From positions 1,024,001 through 1,088,000 of the forward strand of contig CBDCYI010000005.1 of the NCBI GenBank assembly GCA_965224085.1: DNA of 64,000 nt, read 5' to 3'. Shown here piece by piece: positions 9,544 to 18,130 of this stretch (position 1 is its first letter; each line of letters begins with the position of its first letter). A program made the position numbers and the translations under genes. The notes below the pieces were generated by a model. The model worked only from the letters and a program-made list of their open reading frames with translations, ran no database searches and was not told the DNA's origin. This DNA is from Candidatus Marinacidobacterales bacterium (lineage in GTDB: Bacteria > Acidobacteriota > Vicinamibacteria > Marinacidobacterales > SMYC01).

Positions 9544-12500
9544 TTACGGTTCTCGGGAAAGCGCCCTAAAATACTCCTCGACGAGATTCCGGTACCCCGC
9601 TGGAACCTGGTCCGAACCGGCGACGTAGAGCTCGCCTTCCACGAGGCCTTCGAGCTCGCGTCGTAGCCAGTACTCGAACTGCTTGAGCTCCGTCAGCACC
9701 TCTTCTTCGAGCTGTTCGAGACCGAGGGGGTTCAAGTAGATCTGCTTTTGATCGAACTCTTCCATCCGGCGGATGATCTCACCAAGGTCGGGCACGTCGA
9801 GGTCCTGCCTCGCGAGTTCTTGCCGCAGGCCCTCGGCATCCGAGACGCGCTCGCGGAACTCACGGCGCAGCTGCCGGAGCTCCTCCGTCGAGAATTGTCC
9901 GGGCTGGTAGCTGCCGCCACCGGTCTGGGAGCCTGGCCCGATCGAGGTCGGCCCGGAAGCGCCGCTCTGATTTCCTTGACCCTCTTGTCCCTGTTGACCC
10001 TCTTCTCCCTGCTGCCCCTCTTGCCCCTGTTGTCCCTCGTGTCCTTGTTGCTGACCCTGCTGTCCGGGCTGTTCTCCCAGGCCGCGCTGACCATCCTGAT
10101 CTTGCTGGCCTTGCTGGTCTCGTTCGCCCTGCTCGGCCTCGCGGCGCTCCCGTATGCGCTCGGAAAGCGATTCGAGGTTACGCACGAGCTCGCGCGTCTG
10201 GTTGATCGCTTCGGCGACTTTGTCTTCCTCGGACTTGCCGATCGCACTCTGCGCTTCACCGAGACGATCGCGAAGCGATTCGATATCCTCGCCGATGACA
10301 GTCTCGAAGTTATCGGCATATTGTCCCGAGCGTCCCTGGACGACACCTTTGCTGTAACGGATCTTCTCCTTGAGCTTCGTATCGCGAATCGAGTTGGCCG
10401 CCTCTTGGATTTTGCGCGACGCCTCTTTTTGCTCGCTCCGCGAGTCCCGCGCCATGCGATCGAGCTGCGACTCCAGATTTGCGACTTGTTCGGCGAGCTC
10501 GTCTTTGCGCTCGAAGATGCGCTGGAGTCGCTCACCACTTCCCTGGCCTTCCGCACCGAGCTTGCTCACCTCGGACTGGATGCGCTCTTGCTGCGCCTTC
10601 AGGCGCTCCACTTGTTCCGCCGCATCGTCCATATCGCGCTTAAGCCGCACCGACCGGTTCTTGTCGAGTAAACGGCGAGCGTCTTTGAGCTTGTCGAGCG
10701 CCGCGAGCCCTTCGGCGAGCGCGCCGTCGTCGCCGCGCGCGCCTGCGCGCCTCATGTCGTTGGCCGCTTGCTCGAGGCGGCGCGCCGTGTCCTTTAGATC
10801 GGGCGAAGAATGCTCGCGGGCGAGGCGCTCGAGCTCGCGCGCGAGCTCTTCGGTCTGCTCAGCGAGCTCACGCTGGCTCATGCCCCCGCCGCCGCCCATT
10901 TGGTTGCGAAGGCGGCTCGCCTGGCGGCGCATCCGCTCGTTCTCTTGCTGCTGGCGGCGCGCAAGCTCTTGCAACCGCTGGAGCGCTTCATCAACTTCGT
11001 TGTCGACACTCTGCTGCTGTCCGCGCTGCACCGTCTCGTACTGATTCCGCAGCTTGTCGAGCTCGAGCTCGAAGAGATCCGCGAGATCCTCGGCGCTTGC
11101 GGCCTGACCGCCGCCACCGCCGCCACCCTGTTGGAAGGAGACCTGCACTTCGCGAAAGAAGGCGTCGGCCCGCTGCAGGTGTTGTAGCGCCCGCTGCTCG
11201 AACGGCATCGCCTTGTTCGGGTCCTTGGCCGTCAAGCTCTCCTCGGCCTCGCCCATCTCATCGATAGCCTTTTTCAACGACTCGCTGATGGCCGCGAAAT
11301 CTTCATCCACACCGGTAATACCGCGATTGCCCATGCGGCGCAGCAAGTTGGCAACCTGATCGCGCAGCCGGCCCTGCATGAGCGCTATCGTCGTGAGGTT
11401 TTCTTCCCAGTCGCGCTTCTTGTACTCGTCCTTGTCGCGAATGAGCTTGAACGTCGCCGCCACGATCTCGCGCTGTCGCAGGGACAACGTGCCTTCCATG
11501 CCACCGCCTCCGCCTCCGCCCTGCATCCCGCCCTGCGCCTGACGGTATTGGCGATCGAAAGGCCGCGCTTCGATGAAATAGATGTCCGTCGTCGCCACTT
11601 GGGGGCCGCCGGCATCTTTGGCGCGCGCGTAGTAGGAAATGAAATCTCCTGGTTGGAGCTCGTAATCTTCGAGAAAGAATGTGTAGCCCGCGATCATTTC
11701 TTTCTTCGCGCAGCCGTCGTAGAGTGCTTTGATCTGTTCGTCACCGCCGTTCACCGAAAAGACGAGCTCGAGGCGGCGCAGGCCGTAATCGTCTTCGCCT
11801 TTGATCTCGGTGAACACTTCCTCGATCGGATTCACTTTCGAATCCCTGCCGGGCTTCACGATCGTCACCGAAGGCGGCTGGTCCGACAAAAGCTCGATGG
11901 CGTAGTCGGGAGATGCCGGCTGCAGCGTTTGGTCGAAGGCTTCTAGATCGATGCGATAGAAGCCGTCCTCGACGAGCTCGAGCGTCACCGACAAATTGCC
12001 GTCCTCGCCAAGCTCGAGAGGCACGGAATCCTTCTCTTCGACCGCGAGCACACCGCCAGCGACGCGAACGGTCGGCACGATGCTGAAATGGACTTTGGTT
12101 CCACGAAGCGCCGCGATGTCGCCCCCGTCCTCGACGCGCTTCGGAGAGAGCCCGGTATAGCTCGGAAACTCGTATTCGAAATCGAGACGCCGCACGTAAG
12201 GCAGATCCGACACATCCACGCGAAACAAATCTGAGCGGACGCCATGGGCCTCGACGTAATATTCCGTTGGATCCTCGAGATCGAAGAGCATGAATGAATA
12301 GCGTCTCGTCTCGTCGTCGAAGCTCATTGGGAGACGCCGCCACTCGTCCTCTCCTTCGCTCTTGACGGCGATATCCGATTCTGCAGCATCAAACCCTCGA
12401 GGCTCCGCGGTCACGAGCTGATCCGCACCGCGCGCGACGCCGATGTCGCCTGGCTCGACGGCGATCATGTAAGGGCTCGCCGCTTGGGCGCTTCTCATCG

Positions 12501-13083
12501 GGTTGAGAAGAAGCCCCGCGCCGTAGCGCAGGAAGCTCGGGCTGAGCAGAACTGCGATCATTCCGCCGACCGCGATGGAAAGGAACACGGCCGAGCTTCT
12601 CTTTAGACCATCTTGATCGATCGCGTGCCCGTAGTCGATAGACTCGCAGCGCTCCACCGTTTGCTCGACGAGCTTCTCGATGAGAGCCGGCGACACGCTC
12701 GCGTCGACCCTCTTCTTCCCGATCCGGCCATCATTGGACCCGCCCACCTCGAGCGCACTCGAAAGGGCCTCTTTCAAAGACGGATCGTGTTCTTCGATAT
12801 AGAGTGCGACTTGTTCGTGGGTGACCCGCTTCGCGAGAGGGCGTACGAGGAACCGCAAAGCGAGACCGACGAGCGCCAGATAATTGAAGACGCGGAAAAG
12901 CCGGACGGACCACGCGCTGTAGCGGAAATATTCCATCCCGTAAGCGGAGATGGCGAAGGCCACGAGCCCGAAAAGCAGAAGAAAGGCGATGCCTTTGACC
13001 GTGTTCCGGATACGCCAACGGCTTCTTACATAGCGGATGACTCGAAGTAACTGCGGGTAGCCCGACGTCTCGAAAATTTCCAT
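9544..13083 (-). CDS. Large membrane-anchored Ig-like + coiled-coil protein (DUF4175-like)
   Basis: 1179 aa. N-terminal TMs, PSYTGL beta region, DDYGL, long Q/E-rich coiled coil, C-terminal VPAGYRNLVEEYFRAL. Confidence 0.8.
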   Translation of the reverse strand: MEIFETSGYPQLLRVIRYVRSRWRIRNTVKGIAFLLLFGLVAFAISAYGMEYFRYSAWSVRLFRVFNYLALVGLALRFLVRPLAKRVTHEQVALYIEEHDPSLKEALSSALEVGGSNDGRIGKKRVDASVSPALIEKLVEQTVERCESIDYGHAIDQDGLKRSSAVFLSIAVGGMIAVLLSPSFLRYGAGLLLNPMRSAQAASPYMIAVEPGDIGVARGADQLVTAEPRGFDAAESDIAVKSEGEDEWRRLPMSFDDETRRYSFMLFDLEDPTEYYVEAHGVRSDLFRVDVSDLPYVRRLDFEYEFPSYTGLSPKRVEDGGDIAALRGTKVHFSIVPTVRVAGGVLAVEEKDSVPLELGEDGNLSVTLELVEDGFYRIDLEAFDQTLQPASPDYAIELLSDQPPSVTIVKPGRDSKVNPIEEVFTEIKGEDDYGLRRLELVFSVNGGDEQIKALYDGCAKKEMIAGYTFFLEDYELQPGDFISYYARAKDAGGPQVATTDIYFIEARPFDRQYRQAQGGMQGGGGGGGMEGTLSLRQREIVAATFKLIRDKDEYKKRDWEENLTTIALMQGRLRDQVANLLRRMGNRGITGVDEDFAAISESLKKAIDEMGEAEESLTAKDPNKAMPFEQRALQHLQRADAFFREVQVSFQQGGGGGGGQAASAEDLADLFELELDKLRNQYETVQRGQQQSVDNEVDEALQRLQELARRQQQENERMRRQASRLRNQMGGGGGMSQRELAEQTEELARELERLAREHSSPDLKDTARRLEQAANDMRRAGARGDDGALAEGLAALDKLKDARRLLDKNRSVRLKRDMDDAAEQVERLKAQQERIQSEVSKLGAEGQGSGERLQRIFERKDELAEQVANLESQLDRMARDSRSEQKEASRKIQEAANSIRDTKLKEKIRYSKGVVQGRSGQYADNFETVIGEDIESLRDRLGEAQSAIGKSEEDKVAEAINQTRELVRNLESLSERIRERREAEQGERDQQGQQDQDGQRGLGEQPGQQGQQQGHEGQQGQEGQQGEEGQQGQEGQGNQSGASGPTSIGPGSQTGGGSYQPGQFSTEELRQLRREFRERVSDAEGLRQELARQDLDVPDLGEIIRRMEEFDQKQIYLNPLGLEQLEEEVLTELKQFEYWLRRELEGLVEGELYVAGSDQVPAGYRNLVEEYFRALSREP
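9965..10135 (-). repeat. Gln/Gly-rich coding repeat (EGQQGQ-like units)
   Basis: QGQQQGHEGQQGQEGQQGEEGQQGQEGQG, with imperfect 9/18-nt periodicity in the DNA. Confidence 0.75.
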
Positions 13084-13180
13084 TGCCTAAGCTCCGAAAA
13101 ATCATCTAGCTGTTAGTGCCCAATGTCCGCCCTCAGGCTGATCACAGGCGCTTCGCGCTTACTTAATAGTATAGCTCGGC

Positions 13181-15304
13181 TTAGCCGACAGCCGACACCA
13201 CGGTCCGAGTCCGCGACAAGCGATTCGAAAGGATCGTCTCCGTCACGAGCAGAATAAAAGCCGCGACGAGCAAATACCACCAATAGCCCTGCCGTCCTTC
13301 TTGGTCGGCCACTGTCTCGCCCGCGCCGGGAGCAGCGTTGTCGCTCAGCTCTCGAAACGTCACCGAAGCCACGAGCTCCTCCGGATCGAGCTTGGCGAGA
13401 TCCGACTCGGTCAAATCCAAGTTCGACGCGAGCGCCATGGCCTCTGCCGTCCCAGAGCCGCGGCCTGCCTGGCGAAGCTCGTAGAATCCTTGCTCCGAAA
13501 GCGACAGGAGCGCGCGTTCTTCGCTCGGCGGGATAATCGTGCGCGTTCCGGACGGCGCCGAGACGACGAGATCGACTTTCCGTTCTCCATCGGGTGCTAT
13601 GTCCTCACCCGTCCTCGCAAAAAATTGATCGAGGTCCGCGACTTCGCCGACCGTGTGCCACTCGTTGACCTCCGCGTAGCCTGCGGCATATTTCACGAGC
13701 TGGTGAAGAAAAGGCAGAAACACGGGCTGCAGCGCCAAGTCGTTCCAGAACGTGTCGAGCGTCGACGTCCACACGAGCACCCGCCCGTCGCCGATGGTCT
13801 TCTCGGCAAGTGCTACGGCCCCATCATCGAAGCGTGCGTGTGCGCCGCTTGCGATCGGCTCTTCGAAGGTACGGTAGCGAAAAAATTTAGTCGCGGAGAA
13901 ATCGCCACTATGCGGTGCTCCAAAGATGCCGAAGACCGGCGATCCGTAATCCAAATAAGACAGTGTCCCACCCCAGTCACGAGCGCGATCGGTCGACTCT
14001 CCGGGCGGGGCCGGCAGGAGGCGGGCGGCGTCTCCCGTGAAACTGTTCCGCCCGCTCGCTTCCCCGAGCGCTACGATGAGACCGCCCCCTTCGGAGACGA
14101 AGCGCTCGAGAAGACGCGCTCTAGCAGCCCCGATCGAGGCGACATCGTTCAAGAGCACCACATGGCGGCCCTCTAGATCGGCCGCGCCCAATTGGCTCAT
14201 CCGTTTGCTCTCGAGGCGAAATGACGGCCGATCGCCTATCGCCAGGGCGCGATCCACGTACAGGCTTCTGTGACGATTTCCGTCGAGAGAAAGCACGTTC
14301 AACGATTGCCCTGGCCAGAGCACGAAGTGATAAGCGTTGTCGATCTCGAGTTTGTCGGCATCCAGCTGAATCGTGCCACGCGAGACGCCGCCGGGAAGCG
14401 TCAGGGGATCGAAGCTCACCGTGGTCGAGCTGTTCGCGGCGAGCTGGAGTTTTTTCGATTGGAGCGAGCGGCCGTTGAGCTCCAGTTTGATATTGGTCTC
14501 GAGCGGCGGATCGCCGTCCGGCGCCTTGTTGGTGACACGTGCGGTAGCGATGAGCCGCTCGCGCACCGAGGCCTTATTGGTCTTGTCGGTCTTGTTGCGC
14601 TCGAGAATCACACCTGTCACCGCGAGATTCTCCGACGTCGAGCTCCCGACATCAATGGGCGTGAAACTCGTATCCGCGGGGAACCAAACGTCCTCATCGC
14701 CTTCCCAGCCGAGACGCTGGAAATCGGACAGCAGGACAACTTCCTTTCGCGTCAGCGACGATTCGTCGACGATCTTCTTCGCGAGCTTCAATGCGGAACC
14801 GTAGCGCGTCGTTCTTGCCGAGAGCGTGACGCCGTTCACGATCGCGTTCAGCTGATCCTTGTCCGAGGTCGGTTGATTCAAGATCTCCGCGCGATCCGAG
14901 AAGACGACCAACGATGCGCGCTCGTCGGGCGAAAGCGTTCCGATCTGCCCGCGTATGTCGTGTTTGGCCCGCTCGAGCCGGTCCTCGTAGCCCATGCTGT
15001 AGGAGTGATCGAGCACGAAAACCACCTCACGAGGTCCCAAAGGCAATGCACTCGCCGCCGTCGGCGATTCGAGGAACGGGCGCGCGAAGGCCAAGATCAA
15101 AAGGAGCAGCGCGAGACAGCGCAGCGCAAAGAGAAACAGATGGCGGAGCCGTTGGCGGCGCACCGAGCGATACGGGATGCGCCGGAGAAACATGAGCGAG
15201 GGAAAGTCGACGACTTCCTTCTTTTCACGGTTTGTGAGATGGATGATGACCGGGATCGCGAGAGCGAGCGCGCCGAGAAAAAAAGCCGGTGTCAGAAAGC
15301 TCAT
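13181..15304 (-). CDS. BatA-domain + vWA-domain membrane protein
   Basis: BatA N-terminus (MSFLTP..IPVIIHL..FPSLMFL), MIDAS DHSYSM, LSDFQ, GATase-like region, C-terminal TM. Confidence 0.9.
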   Translation of the reverse strand: MSFLTPAFFLGALALAIPVIIHLTNREKKEVVDFPSLMFLRRIPYRSVRRQRLRHLFLFALRCLALLLLILAFARPFLESPTAASALPLGPREVVFVLDHSYSMGYEDRLERAKHDIRGQIGTLSPDERASLVVFSDRAEILNQPTSDKDQLNAIVNGVTLSARTTRYGSALKLAKKIVDESSLTRKEVVLLSDFQRLGWEGDEDVWFPADTSFTPIDVGSSTSENLAVTGVILERNKTDKTNKASVRERLIATARVTNKAPDGDPPLETNIKLELNGRSLQSKKLQLAANSSTTVSFDPLTLPGGVSRGTIQLDADKLEIDNAYHFVLWPGQSLNVLSLDGNRHRSLYVDRALAIGDRPSFRLESKRMSQLGAADLEGRHVVLLNDVASIGAARARLLERFVSEGGGLIVALGEASGRNSFTGDAARLLPAPPGESTDRARDWGGTLSYLDYGSPVFGIFGAPHSGDFSATKFFRYRTFEEPIASGAHARFDDGAVALAEKTIGDGRVLVWTSTLDTFWNDLALQPVFLPFLHQLVKYAAGYAEVNEWHTVGEVADLDQFFARTGEDIAPDGERKVDLVVSAPSGTRTIIPPSEERALLSLSEQGFYELRQAGRGSGTAEAMALASNLDLTESDLAKLDPEELVASVTFRELSDNAAPGAGETVADQEGRQGYWWYLLVAAFILLVTETILSNRLSRTRTVVSAVG

Positions 15305-15308
15305 GGGC

Positions 15309-16226
15309 TCACCTCGTCCGCGTCAGCCGTTCACGGCTCGAGAGGAAATGAAAGAGTGCGTAGTCGAGCGGCGTGGACGTGTCCATGAGCACATAATCGA
15401 TCCGATTATCGCCGAGCGTGTGGGTCAAGCGCGAGATGTGCTCTTGCACGAGTTTCCGATACTCGTCCCGCAAATATTCGGGAATGATCGGCTGAGCCTC
15501 ACCCGATTCGAGGTCCCGATAGTTCGCGGCCTCGTCATAGGGAAAACTGAGCTCGGCGGGGTCGAGAACGTGGAAGACGATAAGGTCGTTCCCTTTGTAC
15601 CGCAACCCCTTCACGGCATCGAGGATAGCGTCCGGCTCGTCATAGAGATCCGAAATGAGAACAACAACGCTCCGCCGCTGGATCGCCCCGGCGATTTTTT
15701 GCAAAGGCTTTCGGTAGTCGCCCGCCTTGGTGGACTCCAGACGATCGATAGAGTGAAGCACGATCTCGAGATGTTTCGCCGAAGGGGGCACAAAATCCAC
15801 GATGTCCTCGTCGAAGGTGACGAGGCCGATGCGATCGCGCTGTTGTTGCGAGAACACCGCGAGCGACGCCGCGAGGTAGCGTGCATAGTCGAGCTTCGTG
15901 ATGCCAACACTTCCGAAGTTCATCGAGCGCGAGATGTCGAGGAGCACCGTCAGGCTCGTATTCGTATCCGCCTCGAACTGTTTCACGTAGAAGCGGTCGG
16001 TCCGCGCAAAGAGCCTCCAATCAATCTGACGGATGTCGTCACCCGGCATATAGGCCCGATGTTCGGCGAAGTCGACCGAGCGCCCGAGATAAGTCGAGCG
16101 ATGAAGCCCGCTAATAAATCCCTGCACCACACTACGCGCCAGCAACTTCAAATTCGAGATGCGCCCAAGCACACGAGGGTCAACAAACTGCCCAAGCCGT
16201 TCCCCTTCTCGCTGAAGTTCCACCAT
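15309..16226 (-). CDS. DUF58 (vWA-like) MoxR partner protein
   Basis: GLHRS..FAEHRAYMPGDDIRQIDW, DISRSM, ISD motifs. Confidence 0.92.
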   Translation of the reverse strand: MVELQREGERLGQFVDPRVLGRISNLKLLARSVVQGFISGLHRSTYLGRSVDFAEHRAYMPGDDIRQIDWRLFARTDRFYVKQFEADTNTSLTVLLDISRSMNFGSVGITKLDYARYLAASLAVFSQQQRDRIGLVTFDEDIVDFVPPSAKHLEIVLHSIDRLESTKAGDYRKPLQKIAGAIQRRSVVVLISDLYDEPDAILDAVKGLRYKGNDLIVFHVLDPAELSFPYDEAANYRDLESGEAQPIIPEYLRDEYRKLVQEHISRLTHTLGDNRIDYVLMDTSTPLDYALFHFLSSRERLTRTR

Positions 16227-16264
16227 AACCTACGAATTCCGGAAGTCCTGAAACCTGACCAAAA

Positions 16265-17296
16265 TCACATTCTCGATTTCGGAGCATCGACCGTCTCGAG
16301 AAGCTGGTCGAGGATCTTCTCCGAAGAAATCTTCTCCGACTGCGCGTGGAAATTAGTCAGGATGCGGTGGCGAAAGACCGGCGGCGCGAGGGCGCGAATG
16401 TCCTCGTAGCTTACGTGATAGCGCCCATCCATGATCGCCCGGGCCTTGCTGCCGAGGATGATGTATTGCGCCGCCCGGACGCTCGCACCGTACTCGACCC
16501 ACTTCTCGACGAACTCGGGAGCGCCCTCTTCCCCTGGCCGCGACGTCCGTGCGAGGCGCACCGCGTAGCGCATGATCGACTCCGCCACGGGCACGCGCCG
16601 CACGAGCGTCTGGAAGGCGAGGATGTCGTCCCCGGTAATGACGTTGTCGAAGCTAATGTCCTGCACCGCGGTCGTGTTCCGCACCACCTCAATCTCGTCC
16701 TCTTCCGGCATGTAATCAATGATGATGTTGAACATGAAGCGGTCGAGCTGTGCTTCGGGAAGCGGATAGGTGCCTTCGAGCTCGATCGGGTTCTGGGTCG
16801 CGAAGACGAAAAAAGGCTCTTCGAGCGTATAGGTGCGCCCTTGAATCGTGACCTGGTGCTCCTGCATGGCTTCGAGAAGCGCCGATTGCGTCTTGGGCGG
16901 TGTCCGGTTGATCTCGTCGGCGAGCACGATGTTGTTGAAGATGGGCCCGGGCATGAAGACGAGCTCGCGCTTACCCGTTTGCGGATCTTCCTGCACGAGG
17001 TCGGTGCCCGTGATGTCGGACGGCATCAGATCCGGCGTGAACTGGATCCGAGCGAATTTGAGATCCAAGACCTGGGCGACGGTGTGTACGATCATCGTCT
17101 TCGCAAGGCCGGGAACGCCTGTGATGATGGAATTGCCGCCGACGAACAGCGACAAGAGCACCTGCTCGATCGGGCCTTCTTGACCCACGATGAGCTTCTT
17201 GATCTCGCCCGTCACATTCGCATAGGCGTCTTTCAGCTTGTCCGCGAGTGCTATGTCATCTTCGGATTCGAGAGCGACTTTTTCTTCTGCAGCCAA
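16265..17296 (-). CDS. moxR: MoxR-family AAA+ ATPase
   Basis: GVPGLAKT, RIQFTPDLMPSDITG, LADEINRTPPKTQSALLEAM, ATQNPIE, LPEAQLDRF. Confidence 0.96.
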   Translation of the reverse strand: MAAEEKVALESEDDIALADKLKDAYANVTGEIKKLIVGQEGPIEQVLLSLFVGGNSIITGVPGLAKTMIVHTVAQVLDLKFARIQFTPDLMPSDITGTDLVQEDPQTGKRELVFMPGPIFNNIVLADEINRTPPKTQSALLEAMQEHQVTIQGRTYTLEEPFFVFATQNPIELEGTYPLPEAQLDRFMFNIIIDYMPEEDEIEVVRNTTAVQDISFDNVITGDDILAFQTLVRRVPVAESIMRYAVRLARTSRPGEEGAPEFVEKWVEYGASVRAAQYIILGSKARAIMDGRYHVSYEDIRALAPPVFRHRILTNFHAQSEKISSEKILDQLLETVDAPKSRM

Positions 17297-17356
17297 GACT
17301 AGATTTCCTTTCCTTAAGTTTGGATTCTATTCATCCCGTCATCAATACGCAGGCCA

Positions 17357-18130
17357 TTAGTGCGTCATCCCGTAAACGACGTAGTTGACGCCGAGCTTGA
17401 AAGCCTCGTTCGAGATATCGATGGGTACCCAGCCACTTCCTGACCATTCCCAATAGTCGCCGATATCGTGGTTGTAGTTCGCAATCACCATGAGCCGCTT
17501 TTTAGGATCGTTGTCTTCAAAGATGCCGTAGTAAACGGGCTGGTATCCGGGAAAGGTGGGGTGCTCGAAATCGAGCGTTTCGATGTAGAAGAACGAATTG
17601 AAAATCGGATGCGAGACGTCCAGCTCCACGAGCTGGTAGTCGGGCATCACTTTGCGCATCTGCTCGACGTAGTTGTACCACTGCCATTCCGTGATGAAAT
17701 CGTCGACGACGAGAAACCCGCCTTTGAGTAAATAAGTGCGCAGGCTTTCGGCTTCGGCCTCCGTCGGGTTCCAGAACCCGACCTCGCAGAGATAAGCCCA
17801 GGGATAGCGAAACAGCTCGGGATCGTCGAGCGCGTAAATGTTGCTCTTCCCCATATTAGGCGCGATCGACGTGTGATGCTTCAGGATCGTCATCAGATTT
17901 CGCTCGGCCTTGGGGTAGTCGTGATTCCATTTGAGATCCAGCCCCCATTGATACGGACCTCGCCCCCATCGCGTCGGTTCGAACTTTACCCGGACGAACG
18001 TGAACTTCCCGTTATAGGGGTGGTTGTCATAGGGAACGTCGAACCCTTGCAGTAGGCTCGCGGCGATCGGGACGGCGAGGCTCGTGACGACCACAGCTGC
18101 GCTCGCGAGAAACAATTTCTTTTTCTTCAC
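17357..18130 (-). CDS. DUF4159 domain protein (exported)
   Basis: Signal peptide, WNHDYPKAE, YLLKGGFLVVDDF, HPIF, DIGDYWEW, GVNYVVYGMTH. Confidence 0.88.
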   Translation of the reverse strand: MKKKKLFLASAAVVVTSLAVPIAASLLQGFDVPYDNHPYNGKFTFVRVKFEPTRWGRGPYQWGLDLKWNHDYPKAERNLMTILKHHTSIAPNMGKSNIYALDDPELFRYPWAYLCEVGFWNPTEAEAESLRTYLLKGGFLVVDDFITEWQWYNYVEQMRKVMPDYQLVELDVSHPIFNSFFYIETLDFEHPTFPGYQPVYYGIFEDNDPKKRLMVIANYNHDIGDYWEWSGSGWVPIDISNEAFKLGVNYVVYGMTH